Shown: positions 13,338 to 27,109, numbered from the stretch's first letter. The stretch is DNA of 64,000 bases from Octopus vulgaris (GCA_951406725.2 OX597820.1:10912001-10976000), one strand, 5' to 3'. Program-made: numbers and translations. The notes: a model not told the origin generated them from the sequence alone.

Positions 13338-14115
13338 GATAATAGCTCGAGATCGTACCATTAGTATTAGTATCTAAGATAGTTTACTAAGAGACCTACA
13401 TCATTCAGTAGCCCGTTACACGTTACAGTAATAAATATACAACATATATATTTCCCTAGCTCTGATGAAATGTGGAAACCAGCTGAAAATGTGTAGCCGT
13501 TTGTTAACCGATTGTCAGAAAAAATAGATGAGTGATTTCTTAAACTGAAATTTCTATGAAAATATGTAACATTTAATGTTTTTTATGTTAATATACAACT
13601 TCTTCAGAAGTCTGATCACAATAGCCATACACTAATTCATCGACATTCAAAATAAGAACTGTGAATTTCAGCTTATCGTCATCAAATATGAACTCTATTC
13701 TCTGTTCTCTATTGGTTTGTATAAAGTTACGAAACAAAATTTTCGTCTCTACGTGTCCTAAAGAGACGCGAAAATGTTGATCAAATATGAACAAATTTAG
13801 TTGTATTTTTTATGTTGGGTCGTAATATTTCAGGAGTTCAGAGTTGAATATACGAATAATTCTATAAAAGAGAACTGTTCACACATCGTTTTATCTTATT
13901 AAATACTTTGAATCACGAGTTCTCGATCATTATATCACTAACAAAAAAAAATAATAAACTGATATTGAAATGGATGGTGAAATTTATAAAAACTATATAA
14001 TCTGAAAATGTCCGCATCATTTTTTAAAGATTTTTAGTATTGTTTATTTCGTGGGAGGAATTTTGATATGGATTAATATAATCTTGTAACAGTTACTTTT
14101 CCATTACAACTAATA

Positions 14116-14531
14116 GGCGCAGGAGTGGCTGTGTGATAAGTAGCTTGCTTACCAACGACATGGTTCTGGTTTCAGTCCCACTGCGTGGCATCTTGGGCAA
14201 GTGTCTTCTGCTATAGCCCCGGGCCGACCAATGCCTTGTGAGTGGATTTGGTAGACGGAAACTGAAAGAAGCCTGTCGTATATATGTATATATCTATATA
14301 TATGTATTTGTGTGTATGTTTTTGTGTCTGTGTTTGTCCCCCTAGCATTGCTTGACAACCGATGCTGGTAAGTTTACGTCCCCGTCACTTAGCAGTTCGG
14401 CAAAAGAGGCCGATAGAACAAGTAATGGGCTTACAAAAGAATAAGTTCCGGGGTCGATTTGCTCGACTAAAGGCGGTGCTCCAGCATGGCCGCAGCCAAA
14501 TGACTGAAACAAGTAAAAGAGTAAAAGAGTA
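14116..14531 (+). mobile_element. SINE family B
   Basis: Full length with (AAAAGAGT)n tail. Confidence 0.9.
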
Positions 14532-14680
14532 AATTAATTTAGAGTAAAATCCATGGCGGAATAATTATATAAAAACTCAAACCTAGATTTCATTTGGTCT
14601 GCTTCGTGTCAGAGATAGTTCCTGAAGGAGAAACAAGGATTGAATACATTTAAAATGATTTGCCCTTTTATTGCGACACA

Positions 14681-14889
14681 CGAGGGGAGTGCTGAAAAGT
14701 TCCTAGCTTTAAGGTATCGTGAAAGGCCTGTTTGGGGGCCCAAGCTTCTGAGTTCTTTTACCGGCCTTAGAAAAACTAAAGAACCCTTGCAATTAGTATG
14801 TGAATCCGAGAGAGGAATATGTTGAATAAAATCATAATTAACTGATCCTCCTGTATTTTCTCTTACCCAAAGCCAGGAACTTTCCTGCT
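14681..14889 (+). mobile_element. Mariner-derived MITE
   Basis: TIRs GCTGAAAAGTTCCTAGCTTT / AAAGCCAGGAACTTTCCTGC; internal EYVE* mariner C-terminal remnant; related copies at 52588 and 54241. Confidence 0.75.
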
Positions 14890-16209
14890 TTTAAAAATCT
14901 CCGTAACATTAACGACATATGCTAAACGTTTGTTTGCAAACGGATGTGGAAATTCAGGCCTCGAATTTTGAAGAAGAAAGGAGAATGTGACATGCATCGT
15001 GACACTTACTATAAATTGGATAAATTGCAGCAGCTTTATCATGAATTTACAAACTGGAGATATTATCTCGTGTGTGACTTAGGAAGTATCCCTAATCTTC
15101 TTGAATTTAATTTACTTATTTTGAATAGCATTGTAGTAGCAGAGAATAAAAAGATTCTGGTTTTTATGTTCTTCCAAAATATGGTAACAACTGTAACCTT
15201 GGACGAAACCTTCAGCGGTTGTTCGTAATAAAATATTATATATTTAAACAATAAAATCTCTTGTGAATATTTGCAGCTCAATATTAGACGTGTTATTAAA
15301 TAGATTGAATTGCATATTGCTTTTCATATGTGGAAATATAAAGAATAGCTTTTGGTTATATTATAATGTCTACAATATCAAAATTTCATATTAATTTGAA
15401 TCTCAGACTATTGGAATGTCGCCATCTGTTTTGTTTTATATCCATGAAAAACTACAAAACGCAATATTTTATTCGCGAATGCCACGCTTTAACAAATGAA
15501 AACAGCTTCCTAGGAGAGTCTGGCTGGCACTTAAATAGCGTTGCCGCTTGACAGGTGGGCCAAGGGAACCATCTCCTCCCCGATGGTTCAAAGGCTTGTA
15601 ACACCAGACAGCGAGTCGGTTCTGGCTGCTGGAGCTGAAACTAACACGACTCTGTTGGAAGTTAGGTGTAGGGGAGGGCCTAAACTACGCGCCCTTCTCC
15701 TCCATTGGTCGGTTGAAGCCTAGATTGTGTCATGTGACAGTTAGCTGGCGCTGGCTACTGGAGCCTGAAGGCGATTATTTAAAGGGAAATTTTGCTAGTC
15801 TGTCATTCGCCCGCTGAAATTCGTTGATGCTGCATCAAAGACACCAAAGAACAAAAAGCCAAAGAAAACAAAAAAAAAAAAGAAATGCACTCAAAACCAG
15901 ATCTGACGGCACCGCTGAAAACGACCCACGTCAAAAACGATAGAGGAGTAAGGGCCGAAACAGGACGTGGCTTCTCTTGATGATGTCCTTAGCCACTGAA
16001 TCCTATAAATGAGCTATTGAGGTAGCGAACCACGAAACTCGGTTGGAATTCCTTATGGAATACTGCATTTATCTACGAAAAATATTTACATTCTTGACAA
16101 GCTTATTAAAATTATAAAGTTGACTATGATTCAGACAGTTCTATATTTACGAGATGAGGAATTATGAATTATGTATATTTGACGGATATTTGTCCCCATC
16201 TTGTTTGTT

Positions 16210-16286
<77 letters not shown>

Positions 16287-16287
<1 letters not shown>

Positions 16288-17074
16288 TCAAGATCAATGC
16301 CTACCAACAAGAAACTACCAGGCCAACATATTAAAGAACGGCAGTTGCCCAACATGTCGTGTATGTCGACAACAAAATGAAACCATTGATCATGTTGTCT
16401 CCAAGTGCAGTCTTCTAGCGCCTACAGAGTATCTCAACAGGCATGATAGAGCTGCATAATATATTCACTGGGTAATTTGCAAAAACCTGGATTTACCCCA
16501 TGAAAAAAACTGGTGGGAACACAAACCACCTCCAGTGCTTGAAAATGACCACATCTCACTCCTCTGGAACTTCACCATTCAAACTGACAGAAAGATAGAT
16601 GCAAATAGGCCAGACATCATATGGAAAGACTTCAGACAAAGAACACGCCACCTCATTGATATGACTGTCCCAATCGATATAAACGTATCTGTCAAGACCT
16701 ACCAAAAACTGAGCAAATATAAAGATCTTGAAATAGAAATCAGCAAAATGTGGAAGCTAAAGACTAAAACAATACCTGTTGTCATAGGTGCCCTGGGAAT
16801 GATAGCGAAAGGAGCTGATTGCTACCTAACTCAGATACCAGGAAACCCCAAAATGGCAGAAATTCAAAAGATAGTGCTCATGGGAACTGCTCATATCCTA
16901 CGCAAAATACTTTCTATGTAATCTCAAGGTTTAAAACAAACATAATTTTCGGTTTTTTTATTTATTTATTTTTTTTTAGACATTCACTAGTACAACACCA
17001 ACTCTTGTCTCTTGAGGTCTCTGGGTGAGACTTGGAGCCAACTTGTACAAATATAAAGCAAAAGTCAAACATAG
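16287..17074 (+). mobile_element. 5'-truncated R4/Dong-type non-LTR retrotransposon (CCHC plus restriction-like endonuclease), one in-frame stop
   Basis: CRVC...ETIDHVVSKC zinc knuckle, RHD, RPD...LIDMTV...KLSKY RLE motifs, IPVVIGALG; (TAA)n on both flanks. Confidence 0.92.
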
Positions 17075-17104
17075 AATAATAATAATAATAGATTGGGTAT
17101 AGGC

Positions 17105-17257
17105 TTCAGCCTTCATCAGGTATCTTGGGGAAATTTTGAACCTGGGTTCTTATTCCTAAGGTATTTTCGATGTTATTATTATTATTCCGGTCACTGCCTG
17201 GAATCGAATTCGGAATCTTGGAGTTAGTAACCCGCGCTCTTAACCACTACGCCATAT
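17105..17257 (-). mobile_element. tRNA-headed SINE 5' part containing (AAT)n and a truncated CUGAUGA hammerhead core
   Basis: Minus strand TGGCGTAGTGGTTAAGAGCG...TTCGATTCC, then AATAAT..., then GATAC-CTGATGA-AGGCTG. Confidence 0.65.
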
Positions 17258-17374
17258 GTTTTAAGAAGTTTCTTCCAGTCGCTCGTCATTTGGGGGTGAG
17301 CTAATCGCGAAGAATGGTATTTGATGAAAAGCATACATCATATTTTTGAGTTTTAACGTCATCATTAAAGGCTT

Positions 17375-17822
17375 GGCTGGGTGGTTAGGAAGCAACATTT
17401 GCAACACGTATTCTCGGGTTCAATCCAACTGCGCGCGCGAGACTTTAGGTAAATATCTTCCATTATGGCTCCGAACCGACCAACGCCTTGAGTGTGGATT
17501 TTGTTGCCGGAAACTGTGTGTAAGTCTACCAGATATTTATACAAGTGTGTGTGTGCGTGTGTGTGTGTATGTGTGTGTGTGTGTGTATGTGTGTGTGTGT
17601 ATGTGTGTGTGTGTGTGTGTGTTTGTGTGTGTATGCCTGGGTTTCTTGACAACTGGATTTGGTTAGTTCTAACTTGCCAAACTCCGGTTGATAAGTTAGA
17701 AGTTTGGCAAAAGACATCAATGAAATACGTGCCAGATTTAAAAAGAAAAACGAGAATTCGGATTGATTACCGGACTAAAATGCCCCAGTATGGCCGCATT
17801 TCAATGATTGAAACAAGTAAAA
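17375..17822 (+). mobile_element. Degenerate SINE family B
   Basis: GCCTTGAGTGTGGATTT, internal (TG)n, TGAAACAAGTAAAAG tail. Confidence 0.75.
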
Positions 17823-18400
17823 GTTAACATAAAAAAGATTGATATTCGTCCTTGTAATTCCAATTTCTTCTTCAGTAGTCTAAGTGTAAATTTCATCACT
17901 ATATTATCACTGGAGACAAATGATTTATTATTTTTTTAATTTTTTATTCTTAATTGAATTCACAGAATGAACGAGATGCGTTTGATTTTTATATTTTCAG
18001 TTGTTTTGACAACTCTCTATAAAACCAATACAATTAATTAAAGATTTAATTAAGGAATAAAAAAGGAATTAATTAAACTCGTATGCGATATGCGAATGCA
18101 TATTTGGTATAATTGGAAAATAACGTAGGACTACACTCACACATTCACACACAGATACGCACACATATATCTATATACATACATATATATTTGTCAGTAA
18201 GTGTGTGTGTGTGTGTGTGTGTGTATACATCGTACAAAACTAGTATGTTCAGGATTGCAGCTTTAGCTATTTCACTTTTAGTTAAGTGTAAATCATACCA
18301 CATGCTGTTTGTTTAAATTATTAATGTTATGCAAATATAAATAGAATATTTTGTAACATATGTTGAAGTATATGAGTTAATTGAATTTGTACTACAGTAC

Positions 18401-18487
18401 CTATCTATCTATCTATCTATACCTATCATTCTATCTATCTATCTATCTATCTATCTATATCTATCTATATCTATCTATACCTATCTA

Positions 18488-18558
<71 letters not shown>

Positions 18559-18633
18559 ACCTATCTATCTATCTATACCTATCTATACTTATCTATACCT
18601 ATCTATCTATCTATACCTATCTATCTATCTATA

Positions 18634-18677
<44 letters not shown>

Positions 18678-18753
18678 ACCTATCTATCTATCTATACCTA
18701 TCTATACTTATCTATACCTATCTATCTATCTATACCTATCTATCTATCTATAC

Positions 18754-18789
<36 letters not shown>

Positions 18790-18805
18790 ACCTATCTATC
18801 TATAC

Positions 18806-18837
<32 letters not shown>

Positions 18838-18921
18838 ACCTATCTATCTATCTATCTATCTATACCTATCTATACTTATCTATACCTATCTATCTATCTA
18901 TACCTATCTATCTATCTATAC

Positions 18922-18969
<48 letters not shown>

Positions 18970-18975
18970 ACCTGT
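18401..18975. repeat. (TATC)n / (TATACC) compound microsatellite
   Basis: Seen directly. Confidence 0.95.
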
Positions 18976-19355
18976 CTATGTACCAAGCAACCGAGATCGC
19001 GATCTATCAGCTTTTCTCTATTTACCCATAGATCAATCCTCTTTATAATTATCTCTCTCTCTATTTCTATCCAAATATATATATATCAGAATAATAAGAA
19101 ATGGTTCTTGATACAGCATAATATATTTCAATATGGTTATTGATACAGCATATATATATATATATATATATATATCATCTATGTTTTAGCATTGCAAGAT
19201 GCTTTATGTGAATTCGTGCGTTAAAGCATATTTATTGTGTCTGGGAAGAGTCATTGTTTTAATGCCTTATTGGTTTGATTTCCACTCATTTACTTATTTA
19301 TTTTTTCTAAAATTTTCATTGCTTCTAGCAGGCAGCCACATCATTAGTCCTCGAC

Positions 19356-19389
<34 letters not shown>

Positions 19390-19703
19390 AAAGAGAGAGA
19401 AAGCCACAGATGCAATCCATGGATACTCATTACAGAAAATCAAATCAATATGGAAAATTATTTAAGCTTTTACTATTTTCCGTTTTGGTTTGCTTCCATT
19501 TGATAGTCGTAAAAACGTTATGATGCTTTCTGCTGAAATAATTTTGTTCAAGACCATTCCATGTAGACTCAAGTCTAGTCAATCAATCTATATATATTAG
19601 ATTTCTTCATTTTAGTAGCAAATATTAATTTCTTCTAGTTCATTACAATTTGCATACACAAACACGCGCACACATACATACATGCATATATATACATACA
19701 TAA

Positions 19704-19745
<42 letters not shown>

Positions 19746-19861
19746 TCATATATACCTCTAAGTGTCCACAAGAAACAAATAATTACTACTGTTACATTAT
19801 AAATATACTTTCGCTTGGGGAATAGTTTGTCTCGAAGCTTTCACATAGAGATATGATATCA

Positions 19862-19895
<34 letters not shown>

Positions 19896-19929
19896 AGATT
19901 TATACATGTATATAGATAGATAGATAGAT

Positions 19930-20020
<91 letters not shown>

Positions 20021-20021
<1 letters not shown>

Positions 20022-20213
20022 TAGTTGAAATTTACAGAAAAGCAAAAGACGAAAACAGGTGTATAAACAACGAGCAGGTGTTTTAGTTTGACGCTCGGAA
20101 AGGTGAGAAAGTCTTTTACGTTTCGAGCCTACGCTCTTCGACAGAAAGGAACACGACGAAATAAACAGAGCGAGAATTAAAAAGAAACTTGTAGATTTAG
20201 CAGTCAGTCATGG
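20021..20213 (-). mobile_element. ~190-bp Penelope-pLTR-like repeat with variant hammerhead at 20113-20148
   Basis: CUUU-CUGUCGA-A-GAGC(GUAG)GCUC-GAA-ACGU-A-AAAG; homologous to 34555-34713 and 54536-54722. Confidence 0.7.
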
Positions 20214-20302
20214 TAATATGTGTGTGCGTGTGTGTGTATGTGTGTCTCTGTGTGTGTGTATATATGTTATGTAAATATACAGACACACAAAAACACATAC
20301 AC

Positions 20303-20360
<58 letters not shown>

Positions 20361-20368
<8 letters not shown>

Positions 20369-20699
20369 TTAGTGATAAAACCACTATTAGGCAAATCAAA
20401 CAATGAAAAACGTAAGCCAATACATAAAATTAATTAATTTTTATTTTATATTAAATATATTGCTAAACCTCGCTAAGATAAATATTTCAATTACCTGAAG
20501 ATTGACTGTAACCATAACTCGAATTATTACGAATTGGACAGCCATGAAACGATCGTAGTGTTTTACTCATTATCTTTTATTAAACTCTTAACACTTTTGA
20601 TATATATTTAAAATAATATAATTTAATTAATTCTATGTATTGGCTTAAGTTTTCCATTGTTTGATTTGCCTAATAGTGGTTTTATCTCTAATATAATAT
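20361..20699 (+). mobile_element. Fold-back element with central type-I hammerhead at 20489-20563
   Basis: ~100-bp inverted arms; AAUUAC-CUGAAGA-UUGACUGU...ACAGCCAU-GAA-ACGAUCGU-A-GUGUUU; partial arm copy at ~30058-30120. Confidence 0.72.
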
Positions 20700-20784
20700 A
20701 ATATAATATTTTACTATAAAATTGGATTCAATCCTAAATCTGACTTTTTCCCTGTAAGTTTGGATTTATTCCCTAATATTTTAT

Positions 20785-20830
<46 letters not shown>

Positions 20831-21709
20831 CATGCTTATGTAGTCAGAGCTATCAGTTATATTTATAGTGGGAAATGACTCATCCATTGAAAACAATGGA
20901 GAAAAATAACAATAAATTACTTACCTAAACACTTTGCATTTCATTTTTTTTTATTTAAGAGAAAAAGTATTATAGTAATTTTTAAATGCCTTGCGGATAT
21001 TTATGTCTACAAAACTGTGTGATAATTACAGTTTGGCGACAGTCCGAATGTTTTTCCTTATAACTTTCTGAAAAATGTACATTTTCCGAATGGATCTTTG
21101 TTACAGAGATAAATTTTCGAGGGTGTAGATTGTGATTATGTTGATAAATGTTCTGAAAAACTTATTCGAGCGGTTTTTTTTGCTCGTTTTTCATTCTAAG
21201 AAATGTATTCCCTCATAATTCTTTTAAAATGAAAGATTTTTTAAAATTTGTTTTTGCACTTACACGCTTCTGAGCGTTCAGCTTGCTTAACGTTGACGGT
21301 TCAATCATAAGAAGCTTGAATAAAAAAATAAGTTAAAAAAGGGTAAAAACTGCTAAAGTCACAAAAATATTTCGAACTCTGTAGGTGGAGAATGATAAGA
21401 GACTCATGTAAATTTTTTGCCAAATTTTATCGGAATAAACGTTAACGCAAAAATGATTATCTCTTAACTTTCATTGAAAGTATTGAATTTTACGGAAATT
21501 TATGAAGAAATAAAATCTGTTGGGCACCGAGTGTAGATATATCGAGATATTTTGCTTCAACTTTCCTTATGCAAACGTGAGTGCATATTTGTGTATGTGT
21601 GTATGTGTGTGTATTTTTATATATTTATATCTCAGCATATATATATATATATGTGTGTGTGTATGTATGTATATATTTATGTATGTATATGTGTATATAT
21701 ATGTATTTA

Positions 21710-21805
<96 letters not shown>

Positions 21806-22337
21806 TGTGTGTAAAAATACAAACTGGGACAAGAACGCAAAACATTTAGGAGACGATACAAAAAACACGGACGGGACATTCAAAGCCTTCAATCTTCAGT
21901 CAAAAACCGGGTCATCCGCGCAATTTCGGTCGATGCCAAAATGCCATAGTACCCTATTTTACTTTTATCCCTACAGTGAACTGAAGTATTTGGTAGATAA
22001 GATTAAGGTGTGTCTCTGGGCTTTGTCACAGAGTTTAGAGAGTTCATAAGGTTAAGTTATAAATATAAATACATACATGCGTACGTACTTTTACATATAT
22101 ATACATATACATAAATATACATAAAGACATAATCATATATTTAAATGTATATGTATATGCATACAAATGCATCAATTATTATTATTATTATTTGGTGTAT
22201 TATATTATTCTTATTAGATAAAGTATAAACAGAGGTAGGAGAAAGTTATGAAAAGAGAAATGATAGTGAACTTTTTAAAAATCAATGTATTTTAAGATTG
22301 TTGTAGTTATGTAGGAATGAAAAGGTATATACATGAG

Positions 22338-22449
<112 letters not shown>

Positions 22450-22461
22450 TACATATACATA

Positions 22462-22530
<69 letters not shown>

Positions 22531-22751
22531 TAGAAATAATAGATTTCTCAATCTCTCAGAGAGATTTATGCAGTAGTCATACGATAAAGTAGTTGTATGC
22601 TGTCAACTTAATGTGACAGTCCCATGAGGGGGATAATACTACTGCTATTTAGCCCTAGGAAACAGCACCGCTTCCTATCAGCCTTGACACATTTCCTGTG
22701 TCCTTATGTTTACAAGGGGGAGATAAGCACCTCCACCCAGCTAAGCCTGCA

Positions 22752-22794
22752 TCCAGAGACTAGTTTCTGAGTCTTTTCTCGTCGTCAGTCTGGA
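22752..22794 (-). ncRNA. Minimal type-I hammerhead ribozyme (predicted)
   Basis: UCCAGA-CUGACGA-CGAG(AAAAGA)CUCA-GAA-ACUAGU-C-UCUGGA; perfect 6-bp stem I, canonical core, GUC; lies between 41-bp inverted repeats at 22700-22740 and 22907-22947. Confidence 0.8.
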
Positions 22795-22979
22795 GTAGCA
22801 TGGCCTGCTAGCTGAGATGCCTATCTAGCCCATGTAAACATATAATTATTCTAGTGAAATACATTCACTGATTTCAAAAATACAAATAATACATTTCTAA
22901 ACCTCTCTGGGTGGAGGTGCTTGTCTCCCCCTTGTAAACATAAGGACTCTTGTTGGCTGGAATTGAAAAAAGCTGGAAA

Positions 22980-24033
22980 ATGAAGAGTTACGCGGAAGCT
23001 GCTGGAGTTCGAGATGATGTGAACCCAAGTGTGCTGAAGCAGCAGGAGCTGGATTGGGACGAGAAGAAGTTGAGGGAATATCACAGCATGATAGAGAAGA
23101 AAGGCACTAACACCAAATTGAAGGAATAAGCTTCTTCACAAGAGGAAAAGTATATGGTACGATAACGGTTTCATTTGCTACAGTAGAAGACGCGATATTG
23201 AACGACGGACAGATCCTAGGAGAAAAATGGATGTTAATACCAGACACTCCAGGAAAAAGAATTGTCAAAGTAAGAGTGGGAAGAATCCGACCTGTGATAG
23301 ACCCAGAATGGGTAACAGTGGCAATTTCTGACTCTAATCTATGGAGGGAGAGCAAGAAGCTGGTGATTCACTCGGTAAACAGAACTGAAAATATGAATTT
23401 TGGTGGATATGGTGCGGAGGTTATCTGCGCCGTAACCCAGGAGTATTACAAAGAATTGCCGGAAACGGTGGAATTGCCAACAGCGAAAGACTGGGGGTAA
23501 TGTAGGCGAAGGACTGGGAGTAATGTTACAAATGCGGGGAAAGAGGACACCTGAAAAGAAAATGCCTTAGTGAAGCTATAGAAATGCTAGAGAGAGAAAT
23601 GGTAGAAAGAGAAATAAAGCAAGGAGAAACAGAGAATGGTGAGAAGTTGGTGGAAGTAAAGCAAAGAAAGCGAGAAAGGAAAAAGTCTCCAACGACAGTG
23701 GAAGGTGAAAAAAAGAAGAGGGGTGGGAAAAGAAACACAACCCACGACAGGAAATACAGTAGAATTCCCAATGGAAGTACCAAGAAAAGAATTAAATTCA
23801 CAGAGTCACGCAGAACATAAACGAGACAACCCAGAATTGTGAAAACCGAAGGACATCGACACACAGAAGAAGAACACAGAATTGCAGTCAAACGAACAGA
23901 CAGACACACAAATGCAGAAATACACAGACATACAAACGCACGAACTCACAGAGTTGAAGAGGGAAATGCAAGCACAGCAGGAAAATTGGAGGAAAAAAGA
24001 CAACACGAGAAAAAATGCAAAGAAAAATCATAG
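22980..24033 (+). pseudogene. Decayed gag-like ORF1 of a non-LTR retrotransposon (L1/Tx1-like)
   Basis: MKSYAEAAG start; CYKCGERGHLKRKC zinc knuckle at 23524-23565; K/E/R-rich tail; stops and frameshifts. Confidence 0.7.
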
Positions 24034-24665
24034 TGAAATAGGATAACCGAATGGTAAGTAATGGACGTTATAAAAACTGTGAGAAAAGATTTTCTTGAAC
24101 TTAGCAATGTTTTTTTTTAAAGGAAATAATGAACAAGTTTAGTAAAGGTTGAACATTCAGATAAACATTTGGTTTTCTTTTGTTCCCCCCAAAAAAAAGG
24201 AAAAGAAGTAAGGACTGTATGAACATTGTTTTTGTTTTTTTTTTTAAAGTTTATAATGGTAAGGCAAAAAAGCAAAGGAGAACGTAACGGTTTCGCCTCG
24301 AAGCGAGGCAAGAGGTTGTTTAAAAGTTTAAGTGTTTCATTTTTTTTCTAGGAAAACAAATAAAGACTGTATTAACATTGTTTTTTTTTTTAAGTTTATA
24401 ATGGTAAGGCAAAGAAGCAAAGGAGAAAGTAACGGTTTCGCCTCGACTTGTAAGTGCATTTATATCGCTTTTATCAATCAATCCCGGACATATATGCGCA
24501 TACATGTATATGTGTATGTGTGTTCATGCCTGTCAGCCTGTCTGTATGTAAGTATGCAAGTATATATAAATATGCATATATATATATATACACAAACATA
24601 CATGCGTATATATATATATACACAAACATACATGCGTATGTATATATATACACTAACATACATGC

Positions 24666-24760
<95 letters not shown>

Positions 24761-24763
24761 TGA

Positions 24764-24993
24764 GGCGACAAGCTGGCAGAAACGTTAGCACGCCGGACGA
24801 AATGCGCAGCCGTATTTCGTCTGCCGTTAGGTTCTGAGTTCAAATTCCACCGAGGTCGACTTTGCCTTTCATCCTTTAGGGGTCGATAAATTAAATACCA
24901 GTTATACACAGGGGTCGATATAATCGACTTAATCCGTATGTCTGTCCTTGTTTGTCCTCTCTGTGTTTAGCCCCTTGTGGATAGTAAAGAAAT
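24764..24993 (+). mobile_element. SINE family A
   Basis: Full monomer inside a (TA)n tract. Confidence 0.9.
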
Positions 24994-25780
24994 AATATAT
25001 ATATATATATATATATATGTGAGTGTGTCTGTATATATGTTTGTATGCAGATATATATAAATGTGCATATATATATATATAAGCATACATATATGCATAC
25101 ATATATATATGTGCATGCGTGTGTGTGCATGTATGTCTATAATGTTACATGTGCTGTGTGTATGTGTGTACAAGATTATACGAAAGACAAATCAAAGCCT
25201 TCTCTCTTGCATGTTCTGTGGTTTTATGGAAATTCGGGTCGTACCTTAGTTACTACTCAACTGGATTTCATACTACCAAATACTCATTCAGTGACTAAGA
25301 CACAATATTTGCTTTTCACTCTACATCTCCAGTATATTTATACGTTCCTTCAGTCAATTAATGGATTCAAACTTTTTCATTATTTAAAAACACTTATTGA
25401 AAAATTAATCAATATATTGATCAATGTTTTTAAGAGAAATAAACTTACTTTTGAATTGATTAAAATTATAGTAAATTTTTAAGTATTTTAGTTGCATTAC
25501 TTACTTGCATCTCATATTGTTAAACTAAAAATATTTCACTTCATATCCTATATTGGAACAGCATGACGTATTCGATCTAGTCTGATATTTCTTTCAGATT
25601 AGAAAAAAAGCTTCTTTGAGTGGAAGAGAAAGTGATTGTGTAACTTTCTAGGTTTTCTGAAGACATCAAAATCGCCATTGATGTAAAGAGATTTCAGATA
25701 TGTTTCGAAATTGTCTATTGATATAACTTATTCCCAAGTTTACATGTTCTCGGTTTCTGCTTCATATTAAATAAGTATAC

Positions 25781-26200
25781 AGGCACAGGAGTGGCTATAT
25801 AGAAAGAAGTTTGCTTCCCAACCACATGGTTCCGGGTTCAGTCCGACTGCGTGGAAAATCTAGCTGGCAGAATCGTTAGCGCGCCGGGCGAAATGCTTAG
25901 TGGTATTTCGTCTGTCTTTACGTTCTGAGTTCAAATTCCGCCGAGGTTGACTTTGCCTTTCATCCTTTCGGAGTCGATTAAATAAGTACCAGTTACGCAC
26001 TGGGGTCGATGTAATCGACTTAATCCGTTTGTCTGTCCTTGATTGTCCCCTCTGTGTTTAGCCCCTTGTGGGTAGTAAAGAAATAGGTATTTCGTCTGCC
26101 GCTACGTTCTGAGTTCAAACTCCGCCGAGGTCGACTTTGCTTTTCATCTTTTCGGGGTCGATAAATTAAGTACCAGTTGCACACTGAGGTCGATCTAATC
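25781..26200 (+). mobile_element. SINE B head (25781-25853) followed by SINE A with 1.6 tandem units
   Basis: Family matches; AAAGAAATAG|GTATTTCG junction at ~26085. Confidence 0.85.
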
Positions 26201-26503
26201 CACTATGTCTCAAAAAAGAACTAAATTCGTCGCAAATATTTTTGTCCCCAAAGACGAGAGGGACGAAATTCTCAGAGAAAACTTTGATTTCATCCTCAAA
26301 GATATGAAATAAGTGTATGAGAAAATGAAAGATATTTGAGGGTTGAAAGTAGAATGAAGATAAGCTGAGACGCACCGTGTATACATGTATGTATGTTTCT
26401 TTATACATACGTGCAGATTGTGTATATATGCATATATAAACGTCTTTGCGTGACACCTTGGCTAAATGTTTACGACTAAAGCCTCGTGACCAAAGACTTG
26501 TGA

Positions 26504-26583
<80 letters not shown>

Positions 26584-26807
26584 AAAGGTTGAATTCTATT
26601 TCATCTTTTACTTTAAGTGGTACCAAAGTAAACGATCGTTTCAAACGGTAATATTAAATAACATGGTAAAAAAAAATTAGAAATTAATTTAATTATAATC
26701 AAATTAATTACATATCACTGTTCTAAACGTCTAATCAAAGACGATTATATTTGCGAGCATACACATGTGTCGGAAGTAAAAGTATTTGAATTATACCTGC
26801 GTTAAAC

Positions 26808-26844
<37 letters not shown>

Positions 26845-27109
26845 AGTGTTGTATTTCGGGACGGTCATTTTGGGGCCAAATACACACACGCACTATATAT
26901 TCGTTCTCCACTCGCTTATTACTGTTCTTATTCTAACTCATCTTCATTGTCCGAAAATATTTTGTCACACATCTGTGACCTCTTTCACGACACTTTCCTT
27001 CTACTTGTGTGCTCTTGCTCCACTTACTTCATTCTGTTCTTAATGAACTAACTGGAGCAAGAGCACATGCCAAGAAGACTATTCCTATATGATATGGGTG
27101 TGTGTGTAT

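Noticed and set aside
15540-16050. GC-richer segment as a promoter or gene start
   Set aside because: No diagnostic motif or ORF; could equally be a retroelement 5' remnant
25598-25640. Possible exon after CTTTCAG acceptor (IRKKASLSGRESDC)
   Set aside because: Several weak donors and no phase link to the candidate exon chain
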